From NCBI GenBank assembly GCA_052327205.1, contig CM126205.1, positions 258,478,001-258,542,000 on the forward strand: a stretch of DNA of 64,000 bases, written 5' to 3'. Under the pieces are notes generated by a model. The model saw only the letters and a list, made by a program, of their open reading frames with translations, was not told where the DNA came from and did no database searches. Below are positions 11,180 through 23,280 of the stretch, one piece after another. How positions within the stretch are numbered: position 1 is the first letter of the stretch; each line of letters begins with the position of its first letter. This DNA comes from Somniosus microcephalus (Eukaryota). A program made the position numbers and the translations under genes.

Positions 11180-11899
11180 TTCTCTGCTGATTTGAACCCT
11201 TTGACGTATATGTCTAAGCATTCAAACCAAAAATAGAACTAGTTTACAGTTTTCATGTATTTTCAGAAAAATATTAGAATAAATGATTGCTTTGTGGTCA
11301 ATAGACTTGTCCAATTTATTATAAAATAGAACTTTCAAAATTCTGATCGGTTTATTGGTTTTGACATAATAGATGAAGATGCAAAGTTACATTGCCTCAG
11401 TCGCTGTTTTGGAATCAAGGCTCATTGCAATAATCTGACACTAGCATAGGTAAAATAATCTTAGTTTGATTTTAAGGTAGTTTACAAAGTGCTGCATTTA
11501 AATTAACAGTTTTCAATTACAAAATTAAGTATCCATCTCATTTATTTCTGAATAACCTAGGATATTGGAAATGTAACCTTTTTATATTAAAGCTAAGTGG
11601 AATTTTTGTAATTGAATGCACATGGCATCCTAGTACATGTCAGCTTTCTTTAACATTAACTTTCACTCTTGCCATTGGCTGTCTCATCAGAGTGCACAAT
11701 ATGTTCTGACTGCATGAATGCTATGACGATGTTATCAGGCAATTTATTGGTAAAGTGTTAAAATGGGAGCTGAGATTTCACAGCATTTTTTTTTTTTACT
11801 TGTCCATTAGACATTTTATTAGGTTGCCTGAATCAATATTGTATGTCAGAACACATTTTTAAATGTCAAAATCTTTACAGTTAAATGCTATTGGCACAA

Positions 11900-12398
11900 T
11901 GGCCCTGAATTTCCCGAATCACACTTGTGTAGAAATTTATGCCGGTTTCAGCACCAATCTGGCCAACAGGAACTTGTGCCCAAATTTTCTGCAGAGCTCA
12001 TTTACCTACGTTTAGAATGTAAAATAAGCGCAAATATAGTGCCACCAGTAGGGGTAATAGTGGAAGGGCATGATGTCTCACTCTCTGAGCCGCTTCCATT
12101 ATTATGCTTGATAGAGGTGATATACCGGTTGTGACCGGTAACAGTGGTTTACCACAAGAGGTATGCCCATTAGAAGGCCATTCCAGCTGCTTGGTGCTTC
12201 TGAACATATTTTGGGGTGGTTGGGGGGTGCGGGTGGTGGAGGTCTGATAAATTTTGAAAAGTTCAAAAAGAAAATCGCCAATAAATTCCAGCAATCTCAG
12301 TTACACCACTACCAGATGATTTTGGATATGTGCTGCATCTTTATTTTGGGGCATAGAATCTGCTCTGACACCGAAAAGTTCCAAGAAATTCCGAGCCC
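11900..12398. mobile_element. Probable Harbinger-type MITE
   Basis: Imperfect TIRs TGGCCCTGAATTTC / GAAATTCCGAGCCC, resembling the other GGGC-ended elements; TSD unclear. Confidence 0.45.
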
Positions 12399-13855
12399 AT
12401 GTATCTTTTAAAGATTAAAGTGTAAGTAGTCTTTTTAAAATATTTCTGCTAGTAAATTTTATCTAAATAGTGAGTGTGAACATTTTATAGTATTGTTTTG
12501 CAGATAGGTAGGAAGTAGGTTAAATTATTGGGAGTATTTGGTTTATGTTAGGAGGATCCTAGGATGTCGCAGTACTGGGAAGGGAACATGGATACTGGCA
12601 AAAGCAGAGGGATTATTGAGGTCTAGGAGCATGGGCAAAAGGGGGATTTTTGGGGTCTGGGAGTAGTGGGGCTGGTGTGGCAGTCGTAGGTTCAAGTTTG
12701 GGGTTTGTGGCAGTGCTGGGATGGGCTGGTGGCATTTAGGGGTTACAAGGGCCAGGGAACATATGATCAGTGTGAGGAGCAGTCTTGCTGTTTGGGTTAA
12801 CTGAGAAGGGGTTACATCTAGTAGGAATAGAGATTATCTGGTTCCCATCAATACCACCCCCCCCCCCCCCCCCCAAACACACACAAGCAAACAGTGTGGT
12901 TCTGGGGTATTGGCGGCCCTGGGATGTATGAGTGGTTTGGGAGAGTCTTTGAGGAGTGAGCAGGATGGGAAAGGTGTTGAGTTGGAGTAGGGATGGCTTG
13001 AGATGCAGAAGTGTTGTAGTAGGCCAAGGGAAGTTGGCATGGGAGAGGGTTGAGTGGAAAATGACCCAACTTTCTTTTGGGGCTCTCTGGTGTCCCTTCC
13101 TCCTCCCCAGTAGCATTCCTCAAATCATCTCGCCTCCTTTTACAGCCATAACAATTTCCAGAATGCCATTGGTCATCAGCCAGGTCTTCTACTTTAAAGT
13201 ACAAAATTCACAATTATAATTTCTGTGCCTTAAAGTCACCAAAGTAGAAGGACCGACTGATGTCTAGCCACAGTATTATGACATTCCTGACTGGTGAGTG
13301 GGAGAGGGAATGAGGCAGCAATTGGTGGAAGGAGGAAAGCATTGGCCTCTCTAGGAAGGACAGTGGTCTGAAAGTGACTGAGGCAGACTGGGGGAGCAGC
13401 AGAGGACAAAGTGGAAGAGTTTCATTCAGAGACAGTCAGGAGGGAAGCAGTAGAAGAAACTAGAGGCAGCTGCAGTAAAGGAGGAATGGCCAGATTCAGA
13501 CCTTTCCAACCCCCAGGTGGATAGTGCAAGCTGGCTTGGAACACTCAGTAGTATAGGTAAGTCTGTGGTGTTGTAGGAAGATGTGAAGAAAATAATGTGA
13601 TGAAAGTATGTTTGTCACTGGAAGTGCACGCTATACACAAGACTTTTAATATATTTCTAGCAGATTTTCCATGGTGTTGCTAACTGAGTGAGTTGGAGAT
13701 GGTGCTGTTTCATGATATGTAAGGCAGAATATATTATCAAGCCTGCTAATGTACCATGATTGAATTAGTCAAAATTAATTTTTAAGAGTATGGCAGGAAT
13801 ATGAGTGATTTTTTAAAATTTAAGTTCTGATGTTACATGTATATTTGGGAGGAAC

Positions 13856-14205
13856 TTTATTTGTTCTATGGATGTGGACGATACTGTCAAGGCTGTGTTA
13901 GTTATCCATCTCTCGTTGCCTTGAGAAGTGGTGGTGGGATGATTGTTTGTGGATTGCTAGGTCATTTCACAGAAAATTAAGTGACAATCATGCAATGATG
14001 GACTGGAGTCTTGTGCAGTCCACACAGGGTAAGGCTGAAAGGGTTTCCTTCCAGAAGAGCATTAGTGAACCAGCTGGGTTTTTATGACAATGTGGCAGCT
14101 TTCATGATCATTTTTGTTCCTGGTGCTTACCAGAATTGTCACGATGTGATTTGAATTAATGACCTCTGGGTTGCCAGTCCTGTATCACAAACACTATTCT
14201 ACCAT
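13856..14205 (-). mobile_element. Decayed tRNA-headed SINE sharing its head/body with the LINE 5' end at 60.6-61.2 kb and its tail with the LINE at 5.4 kb
   Basis: Minus strand: GGTAGAATAGTG..GGACTGGCAACCCAGAGG..TTCAAATC; CTGGTTCACTAATG..GGAAGGAAA..CCTTACC; CACCACCACTTCTCAAGGCAA..GCCTTGACAG..CCACATCC. Confidence 0.7.
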
Positions 14206-14388
14206 ACTCACAAATCAGTGGCCTTCAGTAATATTAAAAGCTTGTGTAACTATTGGTATGTAGTTAATTTTATCGCTCACCTTTTTTGAAGTCCAGGGAT
14301 GTTGCAGGTAGATAGGGAGTTGTGGTAATCTAGGGGAGGGATTGCAGGGTTCTGTTGATTTTTGTGAGGTGGTACCATATTGAGTGGT

Positions 14389-14468
14389 GGGAGAAGGAGA
14401 AATGTATAGGTGCTAAGGGTAGGAGGGGTGGAGTGGAGGGAGAAGGAGAAATGTATAGGTGCTAAGGG
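14389..14468 (+). repeat. Perfect 31-bp direct repeat, two copies
   Basis: GGGAGAAGGAGAAATGTATAGGTGCTAAGGG at 14389-14419 and 14438-14468. Confidence 0.9.
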
Positions 14469-15401
14469 AACGAGGGATGGGGTAGCAGCAACTGGATGGG
14501 AGATTTCTTAAAAGGGATTCCTTGGTGTGATCTGTGGAGAACCGTGTATTACTTAAAATAAACACAACTGAGTATTTTGTTGTAAAAGCGTTAAAAATGT
14601 ACAGAGACCATCAGGGGCAACGGACTGCGTTGCGTCAGAGTTCCGGTCACAATGATAGGAACAGAGAGGAACAACAGCTACAGGGGAACAGTTAGCATCA
14701 GGTTACAGGTATGAATTTAGCATTTTCAAGATGGATGGTGGTGAGAACAGTGCCACCTATCGCTGAGATGCAAGTGTCACACTTGTCACTCAAGTTTTTT
14801 ATATAGGTCTTATAAGTAATCCACAGTGCCACATACCTTGGAATCTAAACTTGGGGGACTCAAATCAAAGGTAAATAAAATTAATTGGTAAATTTAATTG
14901 TGACAAAAGCATGATAGAAGGGGAAATAAGTTTTTTATAGGGTAGATGTGACACTTGCATTAAGTGCACACACTAACAGAATTATTAATATACTACAGCA
15001 ACAACTTACATCTATAGTGCTGTTAACATAGTAAAACCAATAATTTGCCTACTTTATTTAAAGACACTAATTGGCTCAAGAAAACCATATGAATTTATTT
15101 TGGGGCAAGGATTTGCCATTACTAACACTCAAGACTATACAAAGGATCCTCTTTAAGGAAAATAGAAAAAAAATCCACTTAAGAATATATCAGACACTTG
15201 CTTTTTGTGAACAAATGCTGATCTACAAAGTTAGACATCAAGAGCTTTTAGCCAATAGGCATGACATTTTTTAAAACTAGTTTTAAGTTAATGTACAAAT
15301 TTTAATAAATTACCTGGAAAACAAAATTGATCCTACAAGTGTGACTAAAACCCTGTACACAAATTGACTTTGTTGCTCTAACTTTTCCCCCATCCCAACT
15401 A

Positions 15402-15736
15402 CAGGAAACTTTCTGGTATCCGGCACTGACAGGACCGAGCTGGTGCCGTCCCATCAAAACTGCCGTACAAACCAGCGCTAATGTTAAAACATACGGAGCT
15501 TTTGAGCTCCGTATGAATCAACAAACCCTGTTGCTTAGCAACAGCTTCAAAACAGTCGGCCGCAGCTTAAAAGCGTCTCTGTAGCTAAGCAACAGCTTCA
15601 GCTAGACCTTGCAGAGCCTGACGGGGAAAAAAAAAGCAACAAGAAGTAAAAAAAACTTATCGGAAACGGCTCCTGAATTTTGCCGGTAGATAGAGCTTTC
15701 CGGACATTTAACCTCCGGTTAAACGAAAGTTTCCTG
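15402..15736. mobile_element. TA-targeting MITE (Tc1/mariner/pogo superfamily), copy 1
   Basis: TA|CAGGAAACTTTC ... GAAAGTTTCCTG|TA; internal palindromes at 15530 and 15581. Confidence 0.92.
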
Positions 15737-16759
15737 TATGTTGCCTTGCTTGGAAATCTTACCAACCCGTGTCTGAATTTCCTATTTCTCTCTCTCTCCA
15801 CCAACCCCCCTCAATTTGCCACTCAACTTGATAACTTTATTTATATTGCTGGTTAGGCAATCTACTGAGCAGTAGCCTGTGATTATTGTATAATTATTAA
15901 ACTTTTGTTTTGTAATCAAACTGTGTATTGGCTAGTTTAGTGGCCATAATTGCATTAATTCTGGGTTTGTGTGTATCCAGCCATTTCTGGTGGTTTGGCT
16001 TTCATGTCTGGATACCATGCGGTTAGAACTGTACCAGATGGACACAGAAGTATGACGAGACTTCAAAGCAAGTAATTTTAAAATATTATTCATAATTTGT
16101 ACTGCGTTAGACAATCAGTTGCCACAGAGTAGTTTGGGATTTTGTTTTTCCAGTCACTACAGCTACAATTTGCTGGCAAGTCTGAGAGACCACTTTATTA
16201 ATGGAAATAAAACTGTCATAATATCAATAATACCAATTGCAATCCTGCATTTTGCCTCATTAGGAGTTATTTCCAGTGGAATCACTGTGTACATAGAATC
16301 ATGCTACTTGAAATAATGTAGTAGCAATCTGTCAAAACTCAAATCTGTTTAAAAATGCCATTCCATATATGTCGACTAAAATTTTAAAGCTCTATCTGTT
16401 TGACAACGCACTCTATAAATTAGTATGTTTTAGATAAAAATGCAGTAGATCCATTTAGCAAAATGATCTGTTGATGAGCTCAACAGCACAATAAATGAGG
16501 AAATTATTAACTGCTTTTCAACATATCAAGCACACAGCCAGAGAGCTAATAGTGCTCAGTGCCCGAGATACTTGGAGGTAGTACAATAATTTGTTTTTAA
16601 TTTTCAGTGGAAAAAATAATGCTTTGTTATATGTGCTTGCATATTAAATTTATTGAACAGCAAATGTAGTTTATTGTAAAGGAACTTTTAGTAAATTCGA
16701 GACTTCCAGGGGACATTTATGTCACCCATCTAGAAGAAAGGCAATCAAAGTTACTGACA

Positions 16760-17610
16760 CACAAACAGAAAATTCTGGCAACACTCAGCACGTCAGGCAG
16801 TACCTGTGGAGAGAGGAACAGAGTTAACGGCCCGGGAATTTGCAGTCGGCGGCGAAGCAAAGGCTTTCACCGGTGGCCCCGAAGTAAACTTCACACAAAG
16901 ATCTTGTGAGCTCTGTCGAATTTTAGGTGTTCCAGTGCATAATTCAAATCAACGTAGTTTAGTGGGAATCCCATAGTGTGAGCTGCTGTGACGTCAACAA
17001 GCTGTCCAAACAGCCAATCAAAACGCAGAATTCTCACACTGCGAACCAGGAACTCTTAAAATTTTTACTTTTTAAAAATGTTAGAGAGCAAAACAAAGAT
17101 TGGGGCTCTCACATCAGTGGGAAAGGCAAACCCGAAATAAAGATGAGCAAACTTTAAAAAAAAAAGTTTCTTAAATTTTAATTTTAAAAATTGATAAATT
17201 TGACACTGCACAAAATTTAAATTCGTTTTTCGCGGCCTAACCTTCCTTTAGCAGTCAATGCGCTGTTAAAACCCCAGTTACACCTAACCCAAAAGAGTCT
17301 TCACTTTTAATGGGGTATTTAATAGCGTAATTACTGAGAAAGAGCCGACATTTTCGTCAGTTTCCATGATTTGAGAAATTTCACTGATTACCGGCTCTGG
17401 GGTGGCTGGGGGACACAGTGCAGCCTATGGAGGAGTAGTGAATGACAGACCACAACTTCTAGATTACCACATTAGGCTGCGCATGCGCTAAATGCTGAAG
17501 TTGTGGTTAGTTTCAAAGGCAAAATGATGGCGAATGCTGCCCGTTCACTGTAATCAGGACTGCACATTCCGGGCCAACGTTTCAGGCCTGTGACCTTTTC
17601 CTCATAACTT
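16760..17610 (-). mobile_element. Penelope pLTR-type short fragment split by a MITE insertion
   Basis: 16760-16828 joined to 17579-17610 gives the reverse complement of the 43405-43500 pLTR (GAGTTAAC|GTTTCAGG). Confidence 0.75.
16829..17575. mobile_element. Non-autonomous PIF/Harbinger-type element
   Basis: TIRs GGCCCGGGAATTTGCAGTC / GACTGCACATTCCGGGCC; 3-bp TSD AAC, confirmed by reconstructing the interrupted host repeat. Confidence 0.85.
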
Positions 17611-17640
17611 GAAACGCGATGTGCAATAGCCAGCTCCATA

Positions 17641-17655
17641 CCAGCAGGTGGCACT
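17641..17655 (+). promoter_or_regulatory. Candidate CTCF site
   Basis: CCAGCAGGTGGCACT matches the consensus CCASYAGRKGGCRSY exactly; motif match only. Confidence 0.45.
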
Positions 17656-17753
17656 TTCTCACTGCACTGCATCAGAAATTTATTGATCTTCAACTTCTGA
17701 CTAGTTGCCAAGCCAGACTAATCCCTTCAGAATGTATCTCTGTAGTCTATATT

Positions 17754-18340
17754 GGGCCGTATTTTGCGACCCCTCAGGTGCGTAGGGGCCGTGCAAGTTC
17801 CGGGTTTAGATCCTCTGCATCCCCAGGAGATGGGCCTCTGCGGGTGGAGAGTTGCGCTATTTGCACAACTTCTGCCCGCTGAATGCCTGTCAGTTTAAAA
17901 AAAAAAGACAAAGAAAATTTTATCACCCATTTTATAAATTTAAAAAACTCTTCAATAAGGTAAGTTTATTTTTAGCCCAGTAAAAAAACATTTTTCAAAA
18001 ATTAATTTAAAACATTTAAAATCATTTTAAATATGTAATTTAAAAAATACATATTTCATGTGTTGTATTTTTTTAAATGATCCCCATTCATACTTATTGG
18101 AGTTCCGTACATACAGAACTCCAAAAGTATGAATGGGGATTCCGTTCATTTATTGGTTGGGCTGGCCCACGTGATCCCAGGGGGCACCTACAAACCGCCT
18201 GCATCCCTGGGATACAGGGATTTCTGCCCGCGCAAACCCGGAGAGGCCCAGGATCGCAAGCCTCCATACCTCCCGGGCCACCAGGTACATTCGTAGAATT
18301 TTTGCAGGTCGGTGGAAGCCTCCGATGCAAATGTTGGCCC
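17754..18340. mobile_element. Probable Harbinger-type MITE
   Basis: TIRs GGGCCGTATTTTGC / GCAAATGTTGGCCC; GC-rich ends and AT-rich middle like 16829-17575. Confidence 0.6.
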
Positions 18341-19743
18341 TGTATTTGACTACCGCTGCACTTGTTACAGGGACTCCCAAAGAGATTGCTTTCAAATTCA
18401 AACTTTTCAGGAACCTTTCATGAATTAAATTTTATAAGAGATTAATACTTTGTCTTTGCAAGTTGTTTATTGGTAGCTGTTTGCTGGATCTTTATTGGTA
18501 GTTTTCTTAACTCCCTGTTACGTGTTCGTAGGTAACGTTCCTAACTGCTTTCCTGTCTTTTGAGTAATGTTTCAGACAATTCGGAACATTCAGTTAATGT
18601 TTGCAGTAACTTCTTGCTTATTTGTGAATTTTGGCAGACCTCTAGTGTTGCCCACAATGAGTTAGAGGGTATGCTATTTTGTGCTATATTACAGACACAA
18701 AACTAAATGTTACAGTTAACTCTATCAGGTCAAGGGAATTCAAGGTTTACTGAACTAGCCATTTCTTAAAAACTTCAGCTCACACAATTTGATGGTAAGA
18801 ACATTGCAATAATAAAGTTGTTCTGTCTGACATAGTTTCATTACTGTAATTCCAAACCTGTATAACAAACATTTTAGCAAAAATAATTTTTCCGTTTAAC
18901 CTAAACTATTCCTGTATGCTATATTTCCTCTTTTTTATTCTCTCCAGTGTTCTCTGTTCCATTTTTAAGAACATTATTTGAAAGTTTTAACTAACTGCCC
19001 TATTTGCACCATTCTGTGCCTTTTTTTCCTATTGATTTTGTTTTTAAGTGCTTTCCTCTGCCTGTTGAATCCTCCCTCCTGGCCCAAGTTCATTTTGAAA
19101 GTACGATTCACGATGTGGGGGAAAATTGGCCTTTGGCTAAAAATCCATGTAAAAGCCACTTTATTTTAGCAAGTCAAGTGCCAGAAAGTGATCTGATCAA
19201 CTTTGATGCCTTTTAAATTGTCAAATGGAAAATAGTTCCACTGCAGCAGTTACCTTGTCCACAGTTCCAGCAACTTGATTGTATCCAGCAGCCCAGACAA
19301 CTTGCCTATGGTGCTCTAAGACGTTAAAAAAATTATATCTGGAGTAGTAATATAGTAATCCATCCCTTGAGTTGATATGCCCAATGTTATAACTGCAAGA
19401 GCACAGTGGGGTTAGCTTATAATGGAAGTAAAACTGCTTCTATGACTGCTATGTAATCACATCCAGTTATCAGGTTTTTTTTCTATACATCAGTTGCTCG
19501 GGTATTTGTGCCTCTAACTCCCTAATTTCCCAATTTTGACATGCAAGGGTTGCCATAGTATATTTCTGTGTTGACTGTCAATCTTTTAAAAGCCCACACT
19601 TTACATATAGTTTTTTTTAAACTGTCATAACAATTACATTTATATGTAATTAGTTATCCAGACTGAGTACATATTGTATTCAATGAAAAGAAAAATGTGG
19701 ATGTGGAATTGCTGGTCCTGCATTCAACTGATGATTGATTATG

Positions 19744-20094
19744 GGCAGCACGGTGGCATAGTGGTTAGCACTGTTGCCTCTCAGCACCAGGGACCCGGGT
19801 TCGAATCCGGCCTCGGGCGACTGTCTGTGGAGTTTGCACATTCTCCCCGTGTTTGCGTGGGTTTTCTCCGGGTGCTCCGGTTTCCTCCCACAGTCCAAAG
19901 ATGTGCGGGTTAGGTTGATTGGCTATGATAAATTGACCCTTAGTGTTAGGGGGATTAAATACGTGGGGTTACGGGGATAGGGTGGGATATGTGTTGGTGT
20001 AGGGGTTACGGGGATCGGGTGGGATATGTGTCGGTGCAGGCTCGATGGGCCGAAATGGCCTCTATCTGCACTGTGGGGTTTCTGGGATTTCTGG
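19744..20094 (+). mobile_element. HE1-like V-SINE, full length
   Basis: tRNA head (TGGCATAGTGG; GGTTCGAATCC), V domain GGAGTTTGCACATTCTCCCCGTG..TCCGGTTTCCTCCCACAGTCCAAAGA, CR1-derived tail CTCGATGGGCCGAAATGGCC; flanked by GATTATGG. Confidence 0.93.
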
Positions 20095-21329
20095 GATTAT
20101 GGTAGCTGTTATTTATCCCTCTTAGTACCAGCAGAGTGTCGGTTCCAAGAAACATTCTGTGCATTGTGCAGCTTTTTGAAACATTTACTCTTCTGAGAAC
20201 TGGAAGGCACAAAGTATTTGCTCTTAAGTGCTAGTTTTATAATCTAGTCCTGGCAGAGGGAATTAAATTGTCTGCATGTTTAGCATCACGAGTACATTTT
20301 GTTGAAGTGTTAATCCACCTTTTCATACAGTTAATCCTCTTGAAAGAAATGTTTATCGTAATTTAACGCATTTAGGTGGGTTTTATACTGTACCAGCTAA
20401 TTAATACAGCATTCTTCCATTCATACTTTAATACCATGGATAAATTAAGATAAGCACTCTGGAAAATAAGTTTAAATGTAGAAGTCTGCAAAAGTATTTT
20501 TAAGATATGAGGTTTCCAACCTATCCTATATCTCCAAGACCTGAACAAATCCCTAACGAGGGAAGATTTCAAGAGGATTGCTGTACCACGTCATCCACCT
20601 TTCTCTCCCTTAAAACAGACATGGGTTACAGACTGGAGCTGGTTCTCATCAACATCGGTGTATGTCATGGTTAATTAACAGTTATTGCCAAGTTGGGTGA
20701 AGTGTAAGGGAGTAAACCTTTTGCATACTAACATCAAATTTAGAGATCTTGGCTTTTCCTTTCCTATTTGCACTCCACACACTTTGGAGCTATAACAGTA
20801 CTGTAATACTGAAGTTATTTTTTCTTACATTTATTCAGTTTTGATCTTGCATGTGTGGGGAAAAATACAGCTAAATGTAATTAATACACTGTTAATGATA
20901 TTATCATCTACAATGCAGACCTGCAATGTATTACAGAACTAAACTATTCTATCTACACAAACTGATCACTTAAATTTTGAGCTCCTTACTAATTGTTACA
21001 TTTTTGAGTCTTTCTGAATTTCTTACCCGAGATTATTTTGGCTCTTGGATTCTTCTCCTTGCTGAATCCCAAAACTGTCTTTCTAAACTTTGAAATCTAT
21101 GTAAGATTTTTGTAATGTGCATGAATAAGCAAAAAGTGAGCACTGTCTGGTAACTGCTTTTGGTACTGGACTGTCTTGTGCCTCTAAGATCCCACTTTCA
21201 GTCTTTAAAGATGAAAGATGCTCACAGCAGACATTGTATTTTGAGTTTAAAGTATTAACTGAACATATTATTAAACAATTGTAAGAAGTCACACAACACC
21301 AGGTTATAGTCCAACAGTTTTATTTGAAA

Positions 21330-21366
21330 TCACAAGCTTTCGGAGCGCTGCTCCTTCGTCAGGTAA
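21330..21366 (-). ncRNA. Minimal hammerhead-ribozyme-like motif in pLTR
   Basis: UUAC-CUGACGA-A-GGAGC-AGC-GCUCC-GAAAGCUU-GUGA: conserved core, stem II and palindromic AAGCUU stem III. Confidence 0.65.
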
Positions 21367-21742
21367 AGTGGAGAGATGCATAAAGACACAGCTTATATAG
21401 TCAGAGAATAATGCCAGATGGTTACAGGTAATCTTTCTAACTGCCATTTATCACACCTTGGCAGAGAGATAATCACAGCAATCAAAGGTGTGAATGGTGT
21501 CCAAACAGGTCAGTCAAGAAAACATTACATCAAAGAACAATGAGGTGGGGTCACAAGGGGTCATCAAACTCACCATGGACTACTCCTCAGAATCGGTTTC
21601 ATTCTTGAACACACGAATCTCTATCAAAGACTGACACCTCAGCACTTCACTCTACCGCAAGCCCACGGACAACCTCAGGATGCTCCACTTCTCCAGCTTC
21701 CACCCTAACCACGTTAAAGAAGCCAGCCCCGATGGATAAACC

Positions 21743-22558
21743 ATGCGAATACACAGGATCTGCTCAAACGAGGAGGAATGCGATGGACACCTACAGACGC
21801 TGAAAGACGCCCTTGTAAGAACGAGATATGACGCTCGACTCATCGATCGACAGTTCCGACGGGCCACAGCAAAAAATCGCATAGACCTCCTCAGAAGACA
21901 AACACGGGACACAACCAACAGAGTACCCTTCGTCGTCCAGTACTTCCCCGGAGCGGAGAAATTACGCCATGTTCTTCGCAGCCTTCAACATGTCATCGAT
22001 GATGACGAACACCTCGCTAAGGCCATCCCCACGCCTCCACTACTCGCCTTCAAACAGCCGCCTAACCTCAAACAGACCATCGTTCGCAGCAAATTACCCA
22101 GCTTTCAGGAGAACAGCGACCACGACACCACACAACCCTGCCGCGGCAACCTCTGCAAGACATGCCAGATCATCAACACAGATACCATCATCACACGTGA
22201 GGACACCACCCACCAGGTACATGGTACATACTCATGTAACTCGGCCAATGTTGTCTACCTCATACGTTGCAGGAAAGGATGCCCCGGAGCATGGTACATC
22301 GGCGAGACCATGCAGACACTGCGACAACGGATGAATGGACACCGCGCAACAATCGCCAGGCAGGAGTGTACCCTCCCAGTCGGGAAACACTTCAGCAGTC
22401 AAGGACATTCAGCCTCCGATCTTCGGGTAAGCATTCTCCAAGGCGGCCTTCAAGACAGACGACAACGCAAAATCGTAGAGCAGAAACTGATAGCCAAGTC
22501 CGGCACTCATGAGGACGGCCTCGACCGGGATCTTGGGTTCATGTCACGCTACATGTAA
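21743..22558 (+). CDS. PLE RT C-terminus + GIY-YIG endonuclease (fragment)
   Basis: RIHRICS, RVPFVVQY, PCRGNLCKTC, NVVYLIRCRKGC..WYIGET..LRQRMNGH, E..LI..GL. Confidence 0.85.
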   Translation: MRIHRICSNEEECDGHLQTLKDALVRTRYDARLIDRQFRRATAKNRIDLLRRQTRDTTNRVPFVVQYFPGAEKLRHVLRSLQHVIDDDEHLAKAIPTPPLLAFKQPPNLKQTIVRSKLPSFQENSDHDTTQPCRGNLCKTCQIINTDTIITREDTTHQVHGTYSCNSANVVYLIRCRKGCPGAWYIGETMQTLRQRMNGHRATIARQECTLPVGKHFSSQGHSASDLRVSILQGGLQDRRQRKIVEQKLIAKSGTHEDGLDRDLGFMSRYM

Positions 22559-23280
22559 CCCCACCTGACGTTGGGTCATCCAGACTCGAGTCGTCGTTGG
22601 CTTGTTCTCTCTACACAGATGCGGCCGGAACTGCTGTGATTTCCAGCAAAAGAAATGTTTTTTTGTCTTTTTTGTTTTTCATACAGACCCCAGCATCTGC
22701 AACATTTGACCCCTTGTGACCCCACCTCCTTGTTCTTTGATGTAACGTTTTCCTGACTGACCTGTTTGGACACCATTCACACCTTTGATTGCTGTGATTA
22801 TCTCTCTGCCGAGGTGTGATAAATGGCAGTTAGAAAGATTACCTGTAACCATCTGGCATTATTCTCTGACTATATAAGCTGTGTTGTGCATTGAGTGCTG
22901 CTAGAGTTTGGTAAGAGGGAGAAAAGTCATTTAAGTGTATTTTGTGAATTTTAGTGTGTTAAAAAGTTAATTATTTGAAGTGTGTTTAATTTTTAAGTGT
23001 ATATTAAACTGTTGGGGAGTTTGAACTGGAAGTAGAATCAGGGTATAAAAGGGGCGGGACTAGTGCGTGTGCATGGAGTGCTGTGCATTGAGTGCTGCTA
23101 GAGTTTGGTAAGGGAGAGTTCGGGCAAGTGGGAGGTGAGGGTGTGTTTTTGCTCTGTTTTGTTCCCCACTCCCAGGCTTAGACAGCACTGCGGAAGCGGA
23201 GCAGCGAGACGAGTCAACCAAACAGGCCCCACAGACAGTATTCAAGGAGGAGGTTGGTGATCAGCTGGTTGGTTGGTTTT

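Larger units (their letters stand above)
21281..22884 (+). mobile_element. Penelope-like element, 5'-truncated, with an inverted pLTR copy at its 5' end
   Basis: RT-thumb plus GIY-YIG ORF; 21386-21563 is the near-perfect reverse complement of 22707-22884. Confidence 0.92.

Noticed and set aside
12500-13560. G-rich region with a C19 run and several 70-126 aa ORFs
   Set aside because: Low-complexity translations with no motifs; possibly a very old TE remnant but not assignable.
14605-14708. Exon-like segment ending CAG|GTATGA
   Set aside because: No polypyrimidine tract and no recognisable translation; cannot be supported without RNA data.
19744-19815. tRNA genes (also ~7490-7552, 49262-49330, 61150-61228)
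   Set aside because: A/B boxes continue into SINE/LINE bodies with no proper acceptor stem; these are retroposon heads.
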